Assembly: GCA_943355025.1 (NCBI GenBank)
Contig: CALRDW010000006.1
Coordinates: forward strand, 1-58,855
Direction: 5' to 3'
DNA from: Candidatus Magasanikiibacteriota bacterium
GTDB lineage: Bacteria > Patescibacteriota > Patescibacteriia > Magasanikbacterales > 2-02-FULL-50-9b
DNA: 58,855 nucleotides
Made by a program: the position numbers and the translations under genes
Shown: piece by piece, positions 17,413 to 27,628 of the stretch
How positions within the stretch are numbered: the first letter of the stretch is position 1
Layout of the letters: each line of letters opens with the position of its first letter
Notes under the pieces: model-generated
Told to the model about the DNA's origin: nothing
The model's input: only the letters and a program-made list of their open reading frames with translations
Databases searched by the model: none

Positions 17413-17461
17413 AAGGGTTTTTTTCTATACTAGCACTCATAGTTCCCTGTAATTGTTTAAT

Positions 17462-17827
17462 ATGAATTCCCCTCTTTCAGCTGAATTTATCGCGACTATC
17501 AAAACAGAGCTCGAGTCTGAGCAACAGCGCTTGACACGCATGCTTGGCGAAATGAAAAACAAAGAAACAGGTTCGGCTTTTCCTAATTTTGGAGAGGGTG
17601 AAGATGAAGATGCAGAAGAAGTTGCAACATACGATGCGAATCTTCAGCTTGTTGACACCATGGAATCAGAGTTGCGAGACATCGCAGAATCATTGATCCG
17701 CATTGAATCAGGGCAGTACGGTATTTGCAAATACTGCAACAATCCGATTGATGAGCAACGCCTTCGTGCACGTCCAACATCAAGCTCTTGCGTCGCATGC
17801 AAAAAAACACTCACCCAAGAGGCTTAG
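17462..17827 (+). CDS. DksA/TraR-family C4 zinc-finger protein
   Basis: ~121 aa. Coiled-coil N-terminus and CKYC-x17-CVAC finger. Confidence 0.8.
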   Translation: MNSPLSAEFIATIKTELESEQQRLTRMLGEMKNKETGSAFPNFGEGEDEDAEEVATYDANLQLVDTMESELRDIAESLIRIESGQYGICKYCNNPIDEQRLRARPTSSSCVACKKTLTQEA

Positions 17828-18279
17828 GGCTCTCGAGACACACGCTCCAGTCCGTAGGGATTGGAGCTGTTTTAATTATCCTTGCGGCACTTGATCGCTT
17901 TTTTAAAATGCTCATCGAGCAGCCGGCATTCCAAAACATGCGGATTGGTCCCCGTTTTTTTGCGTTTGAACGATTCCGCAACCTTGGAATAGCTTTCAAT
18001 ATTCCAATTCCGCTCGCACTTGTTGTGCCAATATCTCTCATATTACTCACAGCGCTATATTTTTGGATACAACGCACGCCAGCATTACAGACTCGCCTTG
18101 GCGTTTTTGCTGCAGGCCTCATAACAATCGGCGCTATTTCCAACGCTGTGGATAGAGTTGTGTATGGATACACTATTGACTTTTTTCGCATTTTAGATGC
18201 TATTGTTAATTTGGCAGATATATTTGTTGTTGCGGGAATTTTAATTCTGCTTTCGCTGACAAAACGCGAACAACGCTGA
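17788..18279 (+). CDS. lspA: lipoprotein signal peptidase II
   Basis: SNAVDRVVYGYTIDFF and VNLADIFVVAG motifs; four TM helices. The start is uncertain (it overlaps the end of the dksA-like gene). Confidence 0.8.
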   Translation: MRRMQKNTHPRGLGLSRHTLQSVGIGAVLIILAALDRFFKMLIEQPAFQNMRIGPRFFAFERFRNLGIAFNIPIPLALVVPISLILLTALYFWIQRTPALQTRLGVFAAGLITIGAISNAVDRVVYGYTIDFFRILDAIVNLADIFVVAGILILLSLTKREQR

Positions 18280-18298
18280 TCTAAGGTAAGGGGCGGGT

Positions 18299-19792
18299 AT
18301 GATTACAACAGTACACAGCGCGACGCTTGTCGGGCTGGGCGCTTATATTATTTCAATCGAGGCTGAGGTTGTTTCAGGTCTTGCGAATTTTACGATTGTT
18401 GGACTTCCGGATACTCGTGTTCAAGAGGCTCGTGAACGCATCCGATCAGCAATCAAACAATCCGGACTCGAATTCCCCTATAATTTTCGCATTACTGTTA
18501 ATCTGGCCCCAGCAGATGTGCGGAAAGAAGGAACCGGTTTTGATGTTCCGATTGCGCTCACAATTTTAGGTAAAAATTTGGGGCTTGTAATTCCAAAACA
18601 TGCGCTCATAGCAGGAGAACTCGCACTTGACGGAACAATCCGTGGTGTTCGTGGTGTGCTCGCGTATGCTCTCGCGGCGCGCGATGCCGGAATCACAGAG
18701 CTCTATATCCCTGCTGATAACTGCGCTGAGGCAGGACTTGTTGATGGTTTGGATATTTACCCCATTCATTCTCTGCGCGACCTTGTGGGGCATTTTAGTA
18801 GCTCAGGCGAAGGCGTCCGACTTACGCCATATAACTCGAACGCTTCGTCTACTCGAACAGCGCCACCTGCACCGCCCGCTGAAGTTGATTTTTCTCAAAT
18901 CATCGGAAACGCTTTCGCAAAGCGGGCACTCGAAATCGCTGCTGCCGGATCGCACCACCTAATAATGAATGGTCCTCCTGGCACGGGCAAAACAATGCTC
19001 GCGCGTGCATGTGCGGGAATTTTACCGCCGCTTTCGCAACAAGAAATGATCGAGGTTACACAAATTTATTCTGCAGCAGGCCTACTCGTCACAGCTGGAA
19101 CACCGATGTATCATCGTCCGTTTCGAAGTCCGCACCACTCAGCATCCGCAAGTGCCCTTGTTGGTGGTGGTCGCAGCGTGCACCCAGGAGAGCTCACGCT
19201 TGCACATCGTGGCATCTTGTTTCTTGATGAACTCCCTGAGTTTCAGCGGCCGGTTCTTGAACAACTGCGACAACCACTTGAAGAAGGATGGATCCACGTT
19301 GCCCGAGCAGAGCATTCACATAAATTTCCTGCAAAATTTATGCTCGTTGCTGCGCAAAATCCTTGCCCTTGTGGATTTGCAACAGACTCAGTTCGGGAAT
19401 GTACGTGCAGTCATCTTGAAAAACGTCACTACGAGAAAAAAATTTCCGGACCCTTGCTTGATCGCATTGATTTATTTTGCGAAGTCGTACGAACATCTGT
19501 TGCACTACTCGCTGCAGGTGCTGAACATCTCGAAACATCCGCGGAAATTCGTACGCGCGTATGTGCGGCGCGATCATTCGCGCTGCAGCGGCAAAAGTTG
19601 CCCGATGCGGCGCTCACGCCTAAGGTCCGAGAACAGATGGTGAGTGCTGCTGAAAAATTACACCTAACTGCGCGTGGATTTATGCGGCTCGTGCGTGTGA
19701 GTCGAACAATTGCGGATCTCGCATGCAGCGATGAGATCACACTGGGACATGCAAGCGAGGCACTACAATATCGATTTACCGCACATACTTAA
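18299..19792 (+). CDS. comM: Mg-chelatase-like AAA+ protein YifB/ComM
   Basis: 497 aa. N-terminal Lon-protease-like domain, Walker A GPPGTGKT, LFLDELPEF. Confidence 0.9.
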   Translation: MITTVHSATLVGLGAYIISIEAEVVSGLANFTIVGLPDTRVQEARERIRSAIKQSGLEFPYNFRITVNLAPADVRKEGTGFDVPIALTILGKNLGLVIPKHALIAGELALDGTIRGVRGVLAYALAARDAGITELYIPADNCAEAGLVDGLDIYPIHSLRDLVGHFSSSGEGVRLTPYNSNASSTRTAPPAPPAEVDFSQIIGNAFAKRALEIAAAGSHHLIMNGPPGTGKTMLARACAGILPPLSQQEMIEVTQIYSAAGLLVTAGTPMYHRPFRSPHHSASASALVGGGRSVHPGELTLAHRGILFLDELPEFQRPVLEQLRQPLEEGWIHVARAEHSHKFPAKFMLVAAQNPCPCGFATDSVRECTCSHLEKRHYEKKISGPLLDRIDLFCEVVRTSVALLAAGAEHLETSAEIRTRVCAARSFALQRQKLPDAALTPKVREQMVSAAEKLHLTARGFMRLVRVSRTIADLACSDEITLGHASEALQYRFTAHT

Positions 19793-21167
19793 ATGGATTC
19801 ACTCGCCGACCCGCGACAATTATTTCAAAGTGAAGATGTGTGCCTGTCGAACGACCGGTCGTACCAACCATGCTGATATTGTCGCCCTTGCTCACCTGTT
19901 GACCAACATGTACAAACACACGGCTATTGTGTGCGTATCGCGTTTGGATACCATTTCCATGATCAATTAAAACCATGTTGCCATAGCCACCGTTATTCCA
20001 CCCCGAAAAAATAACGATGCCATCGTCTGCCGCAAAAACTTGATCCGTGTAATCTCCTTGAATATCGAGGCCTGGGTGATACGAACTAAAATATTGAGTG
20101 ATGCCGTGACGTTGTGTTGGCCAAACCATGCCCGTACCAGCTCCTGGTGAGGGCTGCTTAATAATCGGCGCGATCGAAGGTTCTGCAGGAATTTGATCTG
20201 TATCAGATTCGCCTGCTGAAACGGGCTGCGTATTTTCTTGGGGTGCTGGCTGCGTCTTCTCTGCTAATTTCTGAGGCGGCTTTATTGTAGGAGCCGCTGC
20301 AAGGGGGTGCGCATCTGGCACAATTATTACTTGGCCCTTCTTAAATCTCGCAGTTGCACTTATATTATTCGCAGCTGCAATCTTTTTTGCGGACACATTA
20401 AAGATCTTTGCAATATCCGTTGGTGAGCCACCATTTTTTACGGTATATACGACACCATCGGTTGCGGGTATTGTCAAAGTATCTCCTGGGCGGAGCTTAG
20501 TCGTGGCCGTAATATTATTTGCCCAAAGAATCGTTTCGATTTTAAGTTTAAAATTTTTCGCGATCCGAGAAACAGTGTCACCACGAACAACTGCGTATCG
20601 CTGGGTTGGTTGTGTTGGCTTGGTTTTATCGGGCGCAACCGGTTCTGTGTCGGATACAATTGGTGCCTTGCCCACATTCCCTGTGTATGGAAAAACATAT
20701 GCGACAGCACCGCCATTGCGATAAGTAACGGTTGGCAATTCTTCCGCGAGGATTGTTTCGTCTTGCCGCGTGCCACCATTGTCCTCAACGTGCCAATCGG
20801 ATGCGCCATTATTAATAAGCCGAGTAAATAAAATACTGCGCGAGCCGGAAATAGCGCCTGGCTGAGTTGATGCAGTAATCGCTGCGTGCGTGATGCTAAA
20901 AACACCAAGCCCTAAAATTATAAAAACGGCTGGGGCGCTACTCAGCACTCGTCGACGGCGCTCCCATGGATCTGGGGAAAGATCCTCATACCGGCGAACA
21001 TACCGGCGAATGATTTGATAGAATGGAACACCTACGTATAACACGACGGGACGTAAAAGCCACACAAAAAAACGACCGATGCTTTGAATCAGCCAAACGA
21101 ACAATCGCTTAAGGATAACAAGGCCCTTAACAAGCGATAATAAAAATTTGAAAAAATGACGTTTCAC
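19776..21167 (-). CDS. LysM-domain M23 family peptidoglycan endopeptidase
   Basis: Two LysM-like repeats (YAVVRGDTVSRIAKNF, YTVKNGGSPTDIAKIF) and an M23 core (HPGLDIQG...GTHLHFEI). Its 3' end overlaps comM convergently by 17 nt. Confidence 0.85.
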   Translation of the reverse strand: MKRHFFKFLLSLVKGLVILKRLFVWLIQSIGRFFVWLLRPVVLYVGVPFYQIIRRYVRRYEDLSPDPWERRRRVLSSAPAVFIILGLGVFSITHAAITASTQPGAISGSRSILFTRLINNGASDWHVEDNGGTRQDETILAEELPTVTYRNGGAVAYVFPYTGNVGKAPIVSDTEPVAPDKTKPTQPTQRYAVVRGDTVSRIAKNFKLKIETILWANNITATTKLRPGDTLTIPATDGVVYTVKNGGSPTDIAKIFNVSAKKIAAANNISATARFKKGQVIIVPDAHPLAAAPTIKPPQKLAEKTQPAPQENTQPVSAGESDTDQIPAEPSIAPIIKQPSPGAGTGMVWPTQRHGITQYFSSYHPGLDIQGDYTDQVFAADDGIVIFSGWNNGGYGNMVLIDHGNGIQTRYAHNSRVFVHVGQQVSKGDNISMVGTTGRSTGTHLHFEIIVAGRRVNPFKYVR

Positions 21168-21187
21168 AATGCAGAAGTAAGCATACT

Positions 21188-22897
21188 ATGGTATCATTTG
21201 TTGCGTCAACGGTTATGTTTACAAAAAAAGCAAAAATACACCTAGCCTTAGCCATAATTTTGCTCACAGCCGCATTCTTTTTTCGGCTTGGCCGAGCCGA
21301 TACTTCGACTGATACTGCCACATACCTATACCGCTCTCTTGGCTACGTTGATTACATGAGTAGTATACTCCAGACAACGCCGCTCCAGTGGTTTTCAACC
21401 GTGCCATGGTGGGCACACCTCAGTTTTCATGATGCACCACCACTCGCATTCATACTATATCATTTTGCTTTGGCTTTTTCGTCCAACGCAGTGTTTGCTG
21501 CGCGTGCAGTGAGCGCGCTCTGCGGAATTGGTGTGGGGATTCTACTCTGGTGCTACACATACAAGCGAGCAAGCGTCATGGCCGCATGGTTTTCGCTTGC
21601 AGGTTACTTTGCACTCTCAACACTCATCACTCTCCAGCGCACAACCCTCCTCGAATCAACCATGATCATCTGGCTCGCTGGAGGATTCTTTGCGTTTTAT
21701 AACATTAAAAAACATCCGCGTTATTGGTATGTTGCCGCCGTGTGCTTCGCTGCCGCATTGCTAACAAAATACACCGCGATTTTTATACTTTTCGGGCCCG
21801 CTCTGTATCTTTTATTAAACCGCGATCTTCTTAAAACAAAACACGCGTGGCGTGCTGCCGTCATTTTTATAGCGCTCCTCTCGCCAGTATTAATTTATAA
21901 CATCGCGATGTGGCGGAGTGTTGGACATCCTGACCTCCAGGTTTCAACCTTTTTAAAAATCGATACTGGTACACATTGGACAGCGATACAACGAACGATT
22001 AGTAATAGTGCGTCACTCAAAAATTTCTTTGTGGGCAACGGCGGTTTATTTTTTCCAACAGTGGCACTTCTTGCTCTTGCCGCCGCTGTATACATCATGC
22101 GTCGCGCTGTGCGCACACGCGAACTAGAATATGTTGTCCTCGCCGGCGCAGCCATTGGATCTCTTATAAGTTTGTATATCATTGGTGGTAATTATTGGTA
22201 TTCCGCGGCGCCTCAACTTATTGTTGCACTACTTTTTGCACGAAGCGCCGCGGATCTGTTCGCAGAAAAACGCACACCAAAAATAATCGTCGCCGTAATC
22301 GTGTTATGTCTCAGCGGTGGTATTGCAAATACAATTACGACAAATTATCTCTATACAGAACCCCCGCACCTTCTCAATTTTGGTGGACACGAATCAAATA
22401 CTGGATGGAATGAACTCGACGCAACGCTCACCACATATTTTTACCCGCGCTCGCCACAGGCATTCGCAAATATATGGGGTTTCTACAATGAAAAAACTGC
22501 GCTCAGAGAAGAATTCGCACGAATTCAACAACCCGAAGGCGTTGTGCCCTACCACGGTGCGATAATCTTCGACTCTCGAATTTCATGGTTCCCACGACTC
22601 TGGTATCTTGAGCGCTGGAATTTATATCGTCGCATGACCGTACTTTCGGTCCAAGAATATATTAAACTAACGACAGAAAAACCAACTTTTTTGATTGATC
22701 TCGGATTTCGCACTGAAGAATTTTCTTATATCGAGTCCCTCGTTCCTGCGCCGCATAATCCAAAGGACGACGCCCTTCTCGCTGGATATTCAACTCAGAT
22801 CACATCCTATTTCACCACCTTACACGCGCCAACAAAAATTATTTATGGCCCGGATGGTGTGGCGCGTTTCAAAATTTACGGGCCACTTGCAAATTGA
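21188..22897 (+). CDS. GT-C/GT39-type (ArnT/PMT-like) membrane glycosyltransferase
   Basis: 569 aa. About 10 TM helices with a large C-terminal soluble part, the typical architecture of dolichyl/undecaprenyl-phosphate-sugar transferases. Confidence 0.65.
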   Translation: MVSFVASTVMFTKKAKIHLALAIILLTAAFFFRLGRADTSTDTATYLYRSLGYVDYMSSILQTTPLQWFSTVPWWAHLSFHDAPPLAFILYHFALAFSSNAVFAARAVSALCGIGVGILLWCYTYKRASVMAAWFSLAGYFALSTLITLQRTTLLESTMIIWLAGGFFAFYNIKKHPRYWYVAAVCFAAALLTKYTAIFILFGPALYLLLNRDLLKTKHAWRAAVIFIALLSPVLIYNIAMWRSVGHPDLQVSTFLKIDTGTHWTAIQRTISNSASLKNFFVGNGGLFFPTVALLALAAAVYIMRRAVRTRELEYVVLAGAAIGSLISLYIIGGNYWYSAAPQLIVALLFARSAADLFAEKRTPKIIVAVIVLCLSGGIANTITTNYLYTEPPHLLNFGGHESNTGWNELDATLTTYFYPRSPQAFANIWGFYNEKTALREEFARIQQPEGVVPYHGAIIFDSRISWFPRLWYLERWNLYRRMTVLSVQEYIKLTTEKPTFLIDLGFRTEEFSYIESLVPAPHNPKDDALLAGYSTQITSYFTTLHAPTKIIYGPDGVARFKIYGPLAN

Positions 22898-22945
22898 CAA
22901 AACAACGCCGTTCCGCTAACATCTGGACATCATTTATATCCGTTT

Positions 22946-24934
22946 ATGAATACTATTCTTCTTATCGCCGTCCTCGCAGGGCTTCTCGCTCTTGCAGTTG
23001 GCGGATGGCTCATTCAGTGGGTGCTCGGTCAGCCTGCAGGCGACGACCGCATGCGCGCAATCGCACGTGCGATTCAGGAGGGTGCAGAGGCATACCTCAA
23101 GCGCCAAAACAAAGCGGTCGCATGGATCGGCGCAGCTTTATTTATTGTCATCGGACTCGTGTTCAATTGGACATCAGCATCCGGTTTCTTAGTCGGCGCT
23201 GTCTTCAGTGGTCTTGCTGGCTATGTCGGCATGAGTATTTCAGTGCGCGCGAATATCCGCACAGCTGAAGCAGCTAAAAAAGGCATGGCTGAAGCTCTCG
23301 AACTCGCGTTCAAGGGTGGGGCTGTCACAGGTCTCTTCGTTGTTGGTCTTGGTCTCATCGGCGTTACCAGTTTTTATTGGATCACCAAGGATGTTGGCGC
23401 GCTCGTCGGCCTTTCATTTGGCGCATCACTTATTTCGGTGTTCGCTCGTCTTGGTGGCGGTATTTATACCAAGGCCGCTGATGTCGGGGCTGATCTTGTT
23501 GGAAAAGTTGAAAAAGGAATTCCAGAAGACGATCCACGCAACCCCGCTGTTATCGCTGATAATGTCGGCGATAACGTTGGCGACTGCGCGGGTATGGCTG
23601 CAGATTTGTTTGAAACATACGCAGTTACCATTGTTGCAACAATGCTTCTTGGTAATTTTGTATTCGGCGGATCGGAAAAAGCTCTCATATATCCACTTCT
23701 TCTTGGCGCGCTTTCAATCGGCGCCTCAATCGTTGGTATTTTCTGCGTGAAACTCGGCGCTGACAAAAAAATCATGAAGGCGCTCTATAAGGGACTCATC
23801 GCTGCAGCAGTCATCGCAGCAATTGCATTCTATCCAGCAACAATGTGGCTCATGGCTGACTATCAGCCAATGAAACTCTGGGGCTGTTCGATTGTTGGCC
23901 TTCTTGTAACTGGCCTCATGGTATGGATTACGGATTACTACACGTCATATAAATTCGCGCCAGTTAAATATATTGCAAAGGCCTCCGAAACTGGTCACGG
24001 AACAAATATCATCGCAGGTATTGCGGTTGGTATGCGTTCAACAAGCTGGCCAATCATCATTATCTCGTTTGGTATTTTGGCAACCTACTCATGGGCAGGG
24101 CTCTACGGCGTTGCAGTTGCAGTCACGAGTATGCTTTCTATGACAGGCATCATTGTTGCAATCGATGCGTTCGGTCCAATTACGGATAACGCTGGAGGTA
24201 TCGCGGAAATGGCGGAGCTTCCGGAAGCGGTTCGCAATGTTACGGATCCTCTCGACGCTGTTGGCAACACAACCAAGGCGGTTACAAAAGGATACGCAAT
24301 TGCCTCAGCTGGCCTCGCGTCAGTGGTGCTTTTCGCAAGTTTCACACAGGAAATCGCACATGCAGGCCACTCAGTTATTTTTGAACTTGGTGATCCTAAA
24401 GTAATGGTTGGTTTGCTCCTTGGTGGACTTGTCACATATCTCTTTGGCGCAAGCGCTATGGAGGCAGTTGGCAAAGTTGCAGGTAAGGTTGTTGAAGAGG
24501 TTCGTCGCCAATTCAAAGAAATTCCAGGTATTATGGAAGGGCGCGCAAAACCAAACTACGCACAGTGCGTTGATATCGTTACGCAAGGCGCGCTTCGTGC
24601 AATGATCGTTCCTGCACTTCTCCCTGTTGTTGCTCCAATTTTAGTTGGCTGGCTCCTCGGTCCTGTTGCGCTTGGAGGTCTGCTCATCGGTACACTTACG
24701 ACTGGCTTGTTCGTTGCGATTTCAATGACAACTGGCGGTGCTGCATGGGACAACGCGAAAAAATATATTGAACAAGGTAACTACGGCGGCAAAGGTTCAT
24801 TTGCGCACCAAGCTGCGGTTACTGGTGACACAGTTGGCGATCCTTACAAGGACACAGCTGGCCCAGCTATCAATCCAATGATTAAAATTATCAACATTGT
24901 AGCTATTTTGCTCATTCCACTTCTCTTAAAGTAA
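22946..24934 (+). CDS. hppA: membrane-bound ion-translocating pyrophosphatase
   Basis: [53 protein letters not shown] signatures. Confidence 0.95.
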   Translation: MNTILLIAVLAGLLALAVGGWLIQWVLGQPAGDDRMRAIARAIQEGAEAYLKRQNKAVAWIGAALFIVIGLVFNWTSASGFLVGAVFSGLAGYVGMSISVRANIRTAEAAKKGMAEALELAFKGGAVTGLFVVGLGLIGVTSFYWITKDVGALVGLSFGASLISVFARLGGGIYTKAADVGADLVGKVEKGIPEDDPRNPAVIADNVGDNVGDCAGMAADLFETYAVTIVATMLLGNFVFGGSEKALIYPLLLGALSIGASIVGIFCVKLGADKKIMKALYKGLIAAAVIAAIAFYPATMWLMADYQPMKLWGCSIVGLLVTGLMVWITDYYTSYKFAPVKYIAKASETGHGTNIIAGIAVGMRSTSWPIIIISFGILATYSWAGLYGVAVAVTSMLSMTGIIVAIDAFGPITDNAGGIAEMAELPEAVRNVTDPLDAVGNTTKAVTKGYAIASAGLASVVLFASFTQEIAHAGHSVIFELGDPKVMVGLLLGGLVTYLFGASAMEAVGKVAGKVVEEVRRQFKEIPGIMEGRAKPNYAQCVDIVTQGALRAMIVPALLPVVAPILVGWLLGPVALGGLLIGTLTTGLFVAISMTTGGAAWDNAKKYIEQGNYGGKGSFAHQAAVTGDTVGDPYKDTAGPAINPMIKIINIVAILLIPLLLK

Positions 24935-24968
24935 GAGTTGGGTTTTGAGGCTCAGCTCAGGCTTGATC

Positions 24969-24996
24969 AAAAACACCGGTTTTGCCGGTGTTTTTT
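24969..24996 (+). terminator. intrinsic terminator after hppA
   Basis: AAAAACACCGG-ttttg-CCGGTGTTTTTT. Confidence 0.8.
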
Positions 24997-25055
24997 GTAT
25001 GTGGGAGGAGTCGCCAGTTTTTTCTCTCAACCATGCGGGCGTGTAAGGTCGACTC

Positions 25056-25084
25056 TTGACAAAATCACCAAACCCTGCTATGGT
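25056..25084 (+). promoter_or_regulatory. sigma70-type promoter TTGACA-17-TATGGT
   Basis: TTGACA at 25056-25061, a 17-nt spacer, TATGGT at 25079-25084. It is ~110 nt upstream of the GGAG-preceded ATG at 25196. Confidence 0.6.
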
Positions 25085-25195
25085 GTTTAAACCTGACAGC
25101 GCGTGCTGAACAGGACCGCGGTAATCGCCGCGCATTCCCGTGCCTTTACAAACACTACCACTGACGACGTACGATACGGCGTCTCGGAGTTTCCA

Positions 25196-26080
25196 ATGTC
25201 AAACGGCCATCATCATCATAATAATCGCGGCGTTGCCTTCAGCGCTCGCGTCGAGACCTTCACCTGCGCGCACTGCGAGCACCGGCGTCTCAACACGCCG
25301 ACGCTCAAGGACGCGGCACCTCTCACTTACAAGACGGATGATTTGTTCATCCCGCCGAGTAAGATGCTGGAGACGCGCTACGGCCGGACGGAGCTCAAAG
25401 CAGAAGACCTGATCATCGTGGCGATTTGCATTCAGGGGGCCAACGAGATCAATCGTGGCCGCCGACTCCAGGATCTCCCGGAGATTGAGTGGGTTGGTTT
25501 GCTGAAGCCGCTGGCTCAACTCCGCGCTGAGGAGCTGCGCCAGAACGCCGCGGTGAAAACTGCAGATTGGTTCCAAGCGTTCATCACGCCCGCGGATCCA
25601 GCGATCATCAAAGCGATTGTGGCATCAACCCAAAGGCAAAAGGGCCACAAGCCCCCGCCGCCGAAGGGTTCCGTTGCTGCCAAAACTGCTCAAGCCGAGC
25701 TGATGGAAAAACTGCATGAACAGCAAGGTCAGCAGGACCGTGCTGAGGGCGAAGTGCCCGCGCAGGAGCAGCAGCCACTGGTCGCGGTTATCGCCGAAAA
25801 GGCCGAGCAGCCTGCCACCGAAGTCACTGCTGAAGCCCTTGAGGCGCTGTCAGAGGCACTGGCGACGACTGCCAAACCAGAGCAGAAAAAACCGGGCAAG
25901 CATGCGAAGAAAAATAAGGCGGCTCGTGAGCGTCGTGATGAAAAGGCGCGTGCGGCCAAAGACGCTGCTGACGAAGATGGGGGTGCGTCGGCTGAGAAAG
26001 CTGTGGCCGCCACGGCTGTCACCAGCCCGGCAGTGCTCACCTTGGTGCCGGAGGAACAGGAAGAGGCAGAAGCGGCCTAG
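25196..26080 (+). CDS. orphan hypothetical protein (His4 run, CxxC, Lys/Glu/Ala-rich low-complexity C-terminal half)
   Basis: ORF 25103..26080 trimmed to the Shine-Dalgarno-preceded MSNGHHHHNNRG. Visibly higher GC than its flanks. Own promoter and terminator. No family recognised. Confidence 0.6.
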   Translation: MSNGHHHHNNRGVAFSARVETFTCAHCEHRRLNTPTLKDAAPLTYKTDDLFIPPSKMLETRYGRTELKAEDLIIVAICIQGANEINRGRRLQDLPEIEWVGLLKPLAQLRAEELRQNAAVKTADWFQAFITPADPAIIKAIVASTQRQKGHKPPPPKGSVAAKTAQAELMEKLHEQQGQQDRAEGEVPAQEQQPLVAVIAEKAEQPATEVTAEALEALSEALATTAKPEQKKPGKHAKKNKAARERRDEKARAAKDAADEDGGASAEKAVAATAVTSPAVLTLVPEEQEEAEAA

Positions 26081-26109
26081 CAGTACCCTGCAAAGCCCGC
26101 CGCCCAAAA

Positions 26110-26160
26110 GGGGACGAGAACGAATTGGTTTTTCCATTCGCTCTCGTCCCCTTCTTTTTT
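26110..26160 (+). terminator. intrinsic terminator
   Basis: GGGGACGAGAACGAAT...ATTCGCTCTCGTCCCC followed by TTCTTTTTT. Confidence 0.8.
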
Positions 26161-26262
26161 ACAAAAAAGGCACTGATGTCAGCGCAGAAGTCGCCCATGA
26201 GAGCCTTGTCAAAGACAATCACACATGATACACTTCCCCCACTTGATTTTCTCATTTTTACT

Positions 26263-27549
26263 ATGACGGTAACGACAAAAGAACTCCCAAAATCACGCAT
26301 GGAACTTACGATTACTGTATCTGTCGCCGAACAGCAACCGCATTTGATTGCTGCGGCTCAAAAAATTTCAAGCGGAATTAAAACTCCTGGTTTTCGTCCT
26401 GGACTTGCACCATACGATATTGTTGTAAGCCAGGTTGGCGAGATGAAAATTCTTGACACAGCATTAGAGGCCCTTGTGCGCCAAACTTACGTGCAAGCGA
26501 TTAAAGATAGCGGCCTCAAGGCTGTTGGAATGCCAGAAATTACATTTGATAAGGTTGTGCCGAAAAATGTTGTTGTATACCGCGCTGTGGTTTCGCTCAT
26601 TCCGGCCGTCACGATTCCAGATCTCTCAAAAATCTCGATTGAAGTTAAGCCGGAACCTGTTACCGACGAAAAAATTGATGGTGTTTTAAAAGAACTTGCC
26701 GGCATGCATGCGCTTGTGGCGCCGACTGATACTGGGGTTGGTCCACACGATCAGGTGACGGTTGATATGGATTTGCTTGATGGTGCTGTTCCGCTTGAGG
26801 GTGGTCTGACACGTGGACATGTGGTGCACATGGACGAGGAATACTACGTTCCAGGTTTCACGGATAAATTATTGGGCGCGAAAATAGGAGACGCTCTTTC
26901 GTTTGAGCTGCTATTTCCAAAAGACCACTATCAAAAAATTTACGCGGGCAAGGATATTACGTTTAAAGTAAAAATTTCTAAGGTTGAGCGTCGAGAATTA
27001 CCGGAAATTAATGAGGACTTCGCGAAAAAACTTGGTGTTGCATCAGTTGCTGAGCTGCGTGAAAATATTACGAAAAATATCGCGGATGAGCAGAAACGCA
27101 AGGCCGAAGAGGTGGCGGAAATCGAAATGCTCAAAACAATTGCAAGTAAAACAATTTTTGGCGATCTTCCAGAAAATCTGATCGAGAGCGAACGTCGTAA
27201 GATGTTTCAGGAACTCATGCACAATTTGCAGCAACACGGCATCACGCCCGAACAGTATTTGTCGGACATGAAAAAATCTCCAGAAGAGATTGAGGCTGGT
27301 TTTACAGATCAGGCGATTGAGCGCACGAAATTGGGTCTCATTACGTTTGAAATTGCACAGACGCAAAATTTGGACGTTAATCGAAAAGAATTGGAGGTTG
27401 AGCTCGACGCAATTCGCGCATCATACAAAAATAATTCAGATGCGATTAAGCGTTTGAACACAGCCGAGGTGCAAGAAATGGTTATGAATTCGCTCCGCAA
27501 TCGTAAAGTTATGGAGTGGCTCAACGAAAAAATAATAAAAAGTGTATAG
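26263..27549 (+). CDS. tig: trigger factor
   Basis: Start at MTVTTKELPKSRMELTITV (typical Tig start). ~428 aa. Promoter TTGTCA-17-TACACT at 26206-26234. Confidence 0.9.
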   Translation: MTVTTKELPKSRMELTITVSVAEQQPHLIAAAQKISSGIKTPGFRPGLAPYDIVVSQVGEMKILDTALEALVRQTYVQAIKDSGLKAVGMPEITFDKVVPKNVVVYRAVVSLIPAVTIPDLSKISIEVKPEPVTDEKIDGVLKELAGMHALVAPTDTGVGPHDQVTVDMDLLDGAVPLEGGLTRGHVVHMDEEYYVPGFTDKLLGAKIGDALSFELLFPKDHYQKIYAGKDITFKVKISKVERRELPEINEDFAKKLGVASVAELRENITKNIADEQKRKAEEVAEIEMLKTIASKTIFGDLPENLIESERRKMFQELMHNLQQHGITPEQYLSDMKKSPEEIEAGFTDQAIERTKLGLITFEIAQTQNLDVNRKELEVELDAIRASYKNNSDAIKRLNTAEVQEMVMNSLRNRKVMEWLNEKIIKSV

Positions 27550-27628
27550 TGTTAGCTGCTAAATTCACACCAAGAATTGAAGGGGCCTGCGCGGCCTCTT
27601 TTTTGTTTGTTCGGTTTTTGTTCACATA

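Noticed and set aside
19776-19792. 17-nt convergent overlap of the comM and M23-peptidase 3' ends as a regulatory feature.
   Set aside because: Short convergent overlaps are common in compact genomes. No additional structure was seen.
25205-25216. CATCATCATCAT (His4) as a cloning-tag artefact or microsatellite.
   Set aside because: Only four codons, in frame within a native-looking ORF that has its own promoter, Shine-Dalgarno site and terminator. No vector-like flanks.
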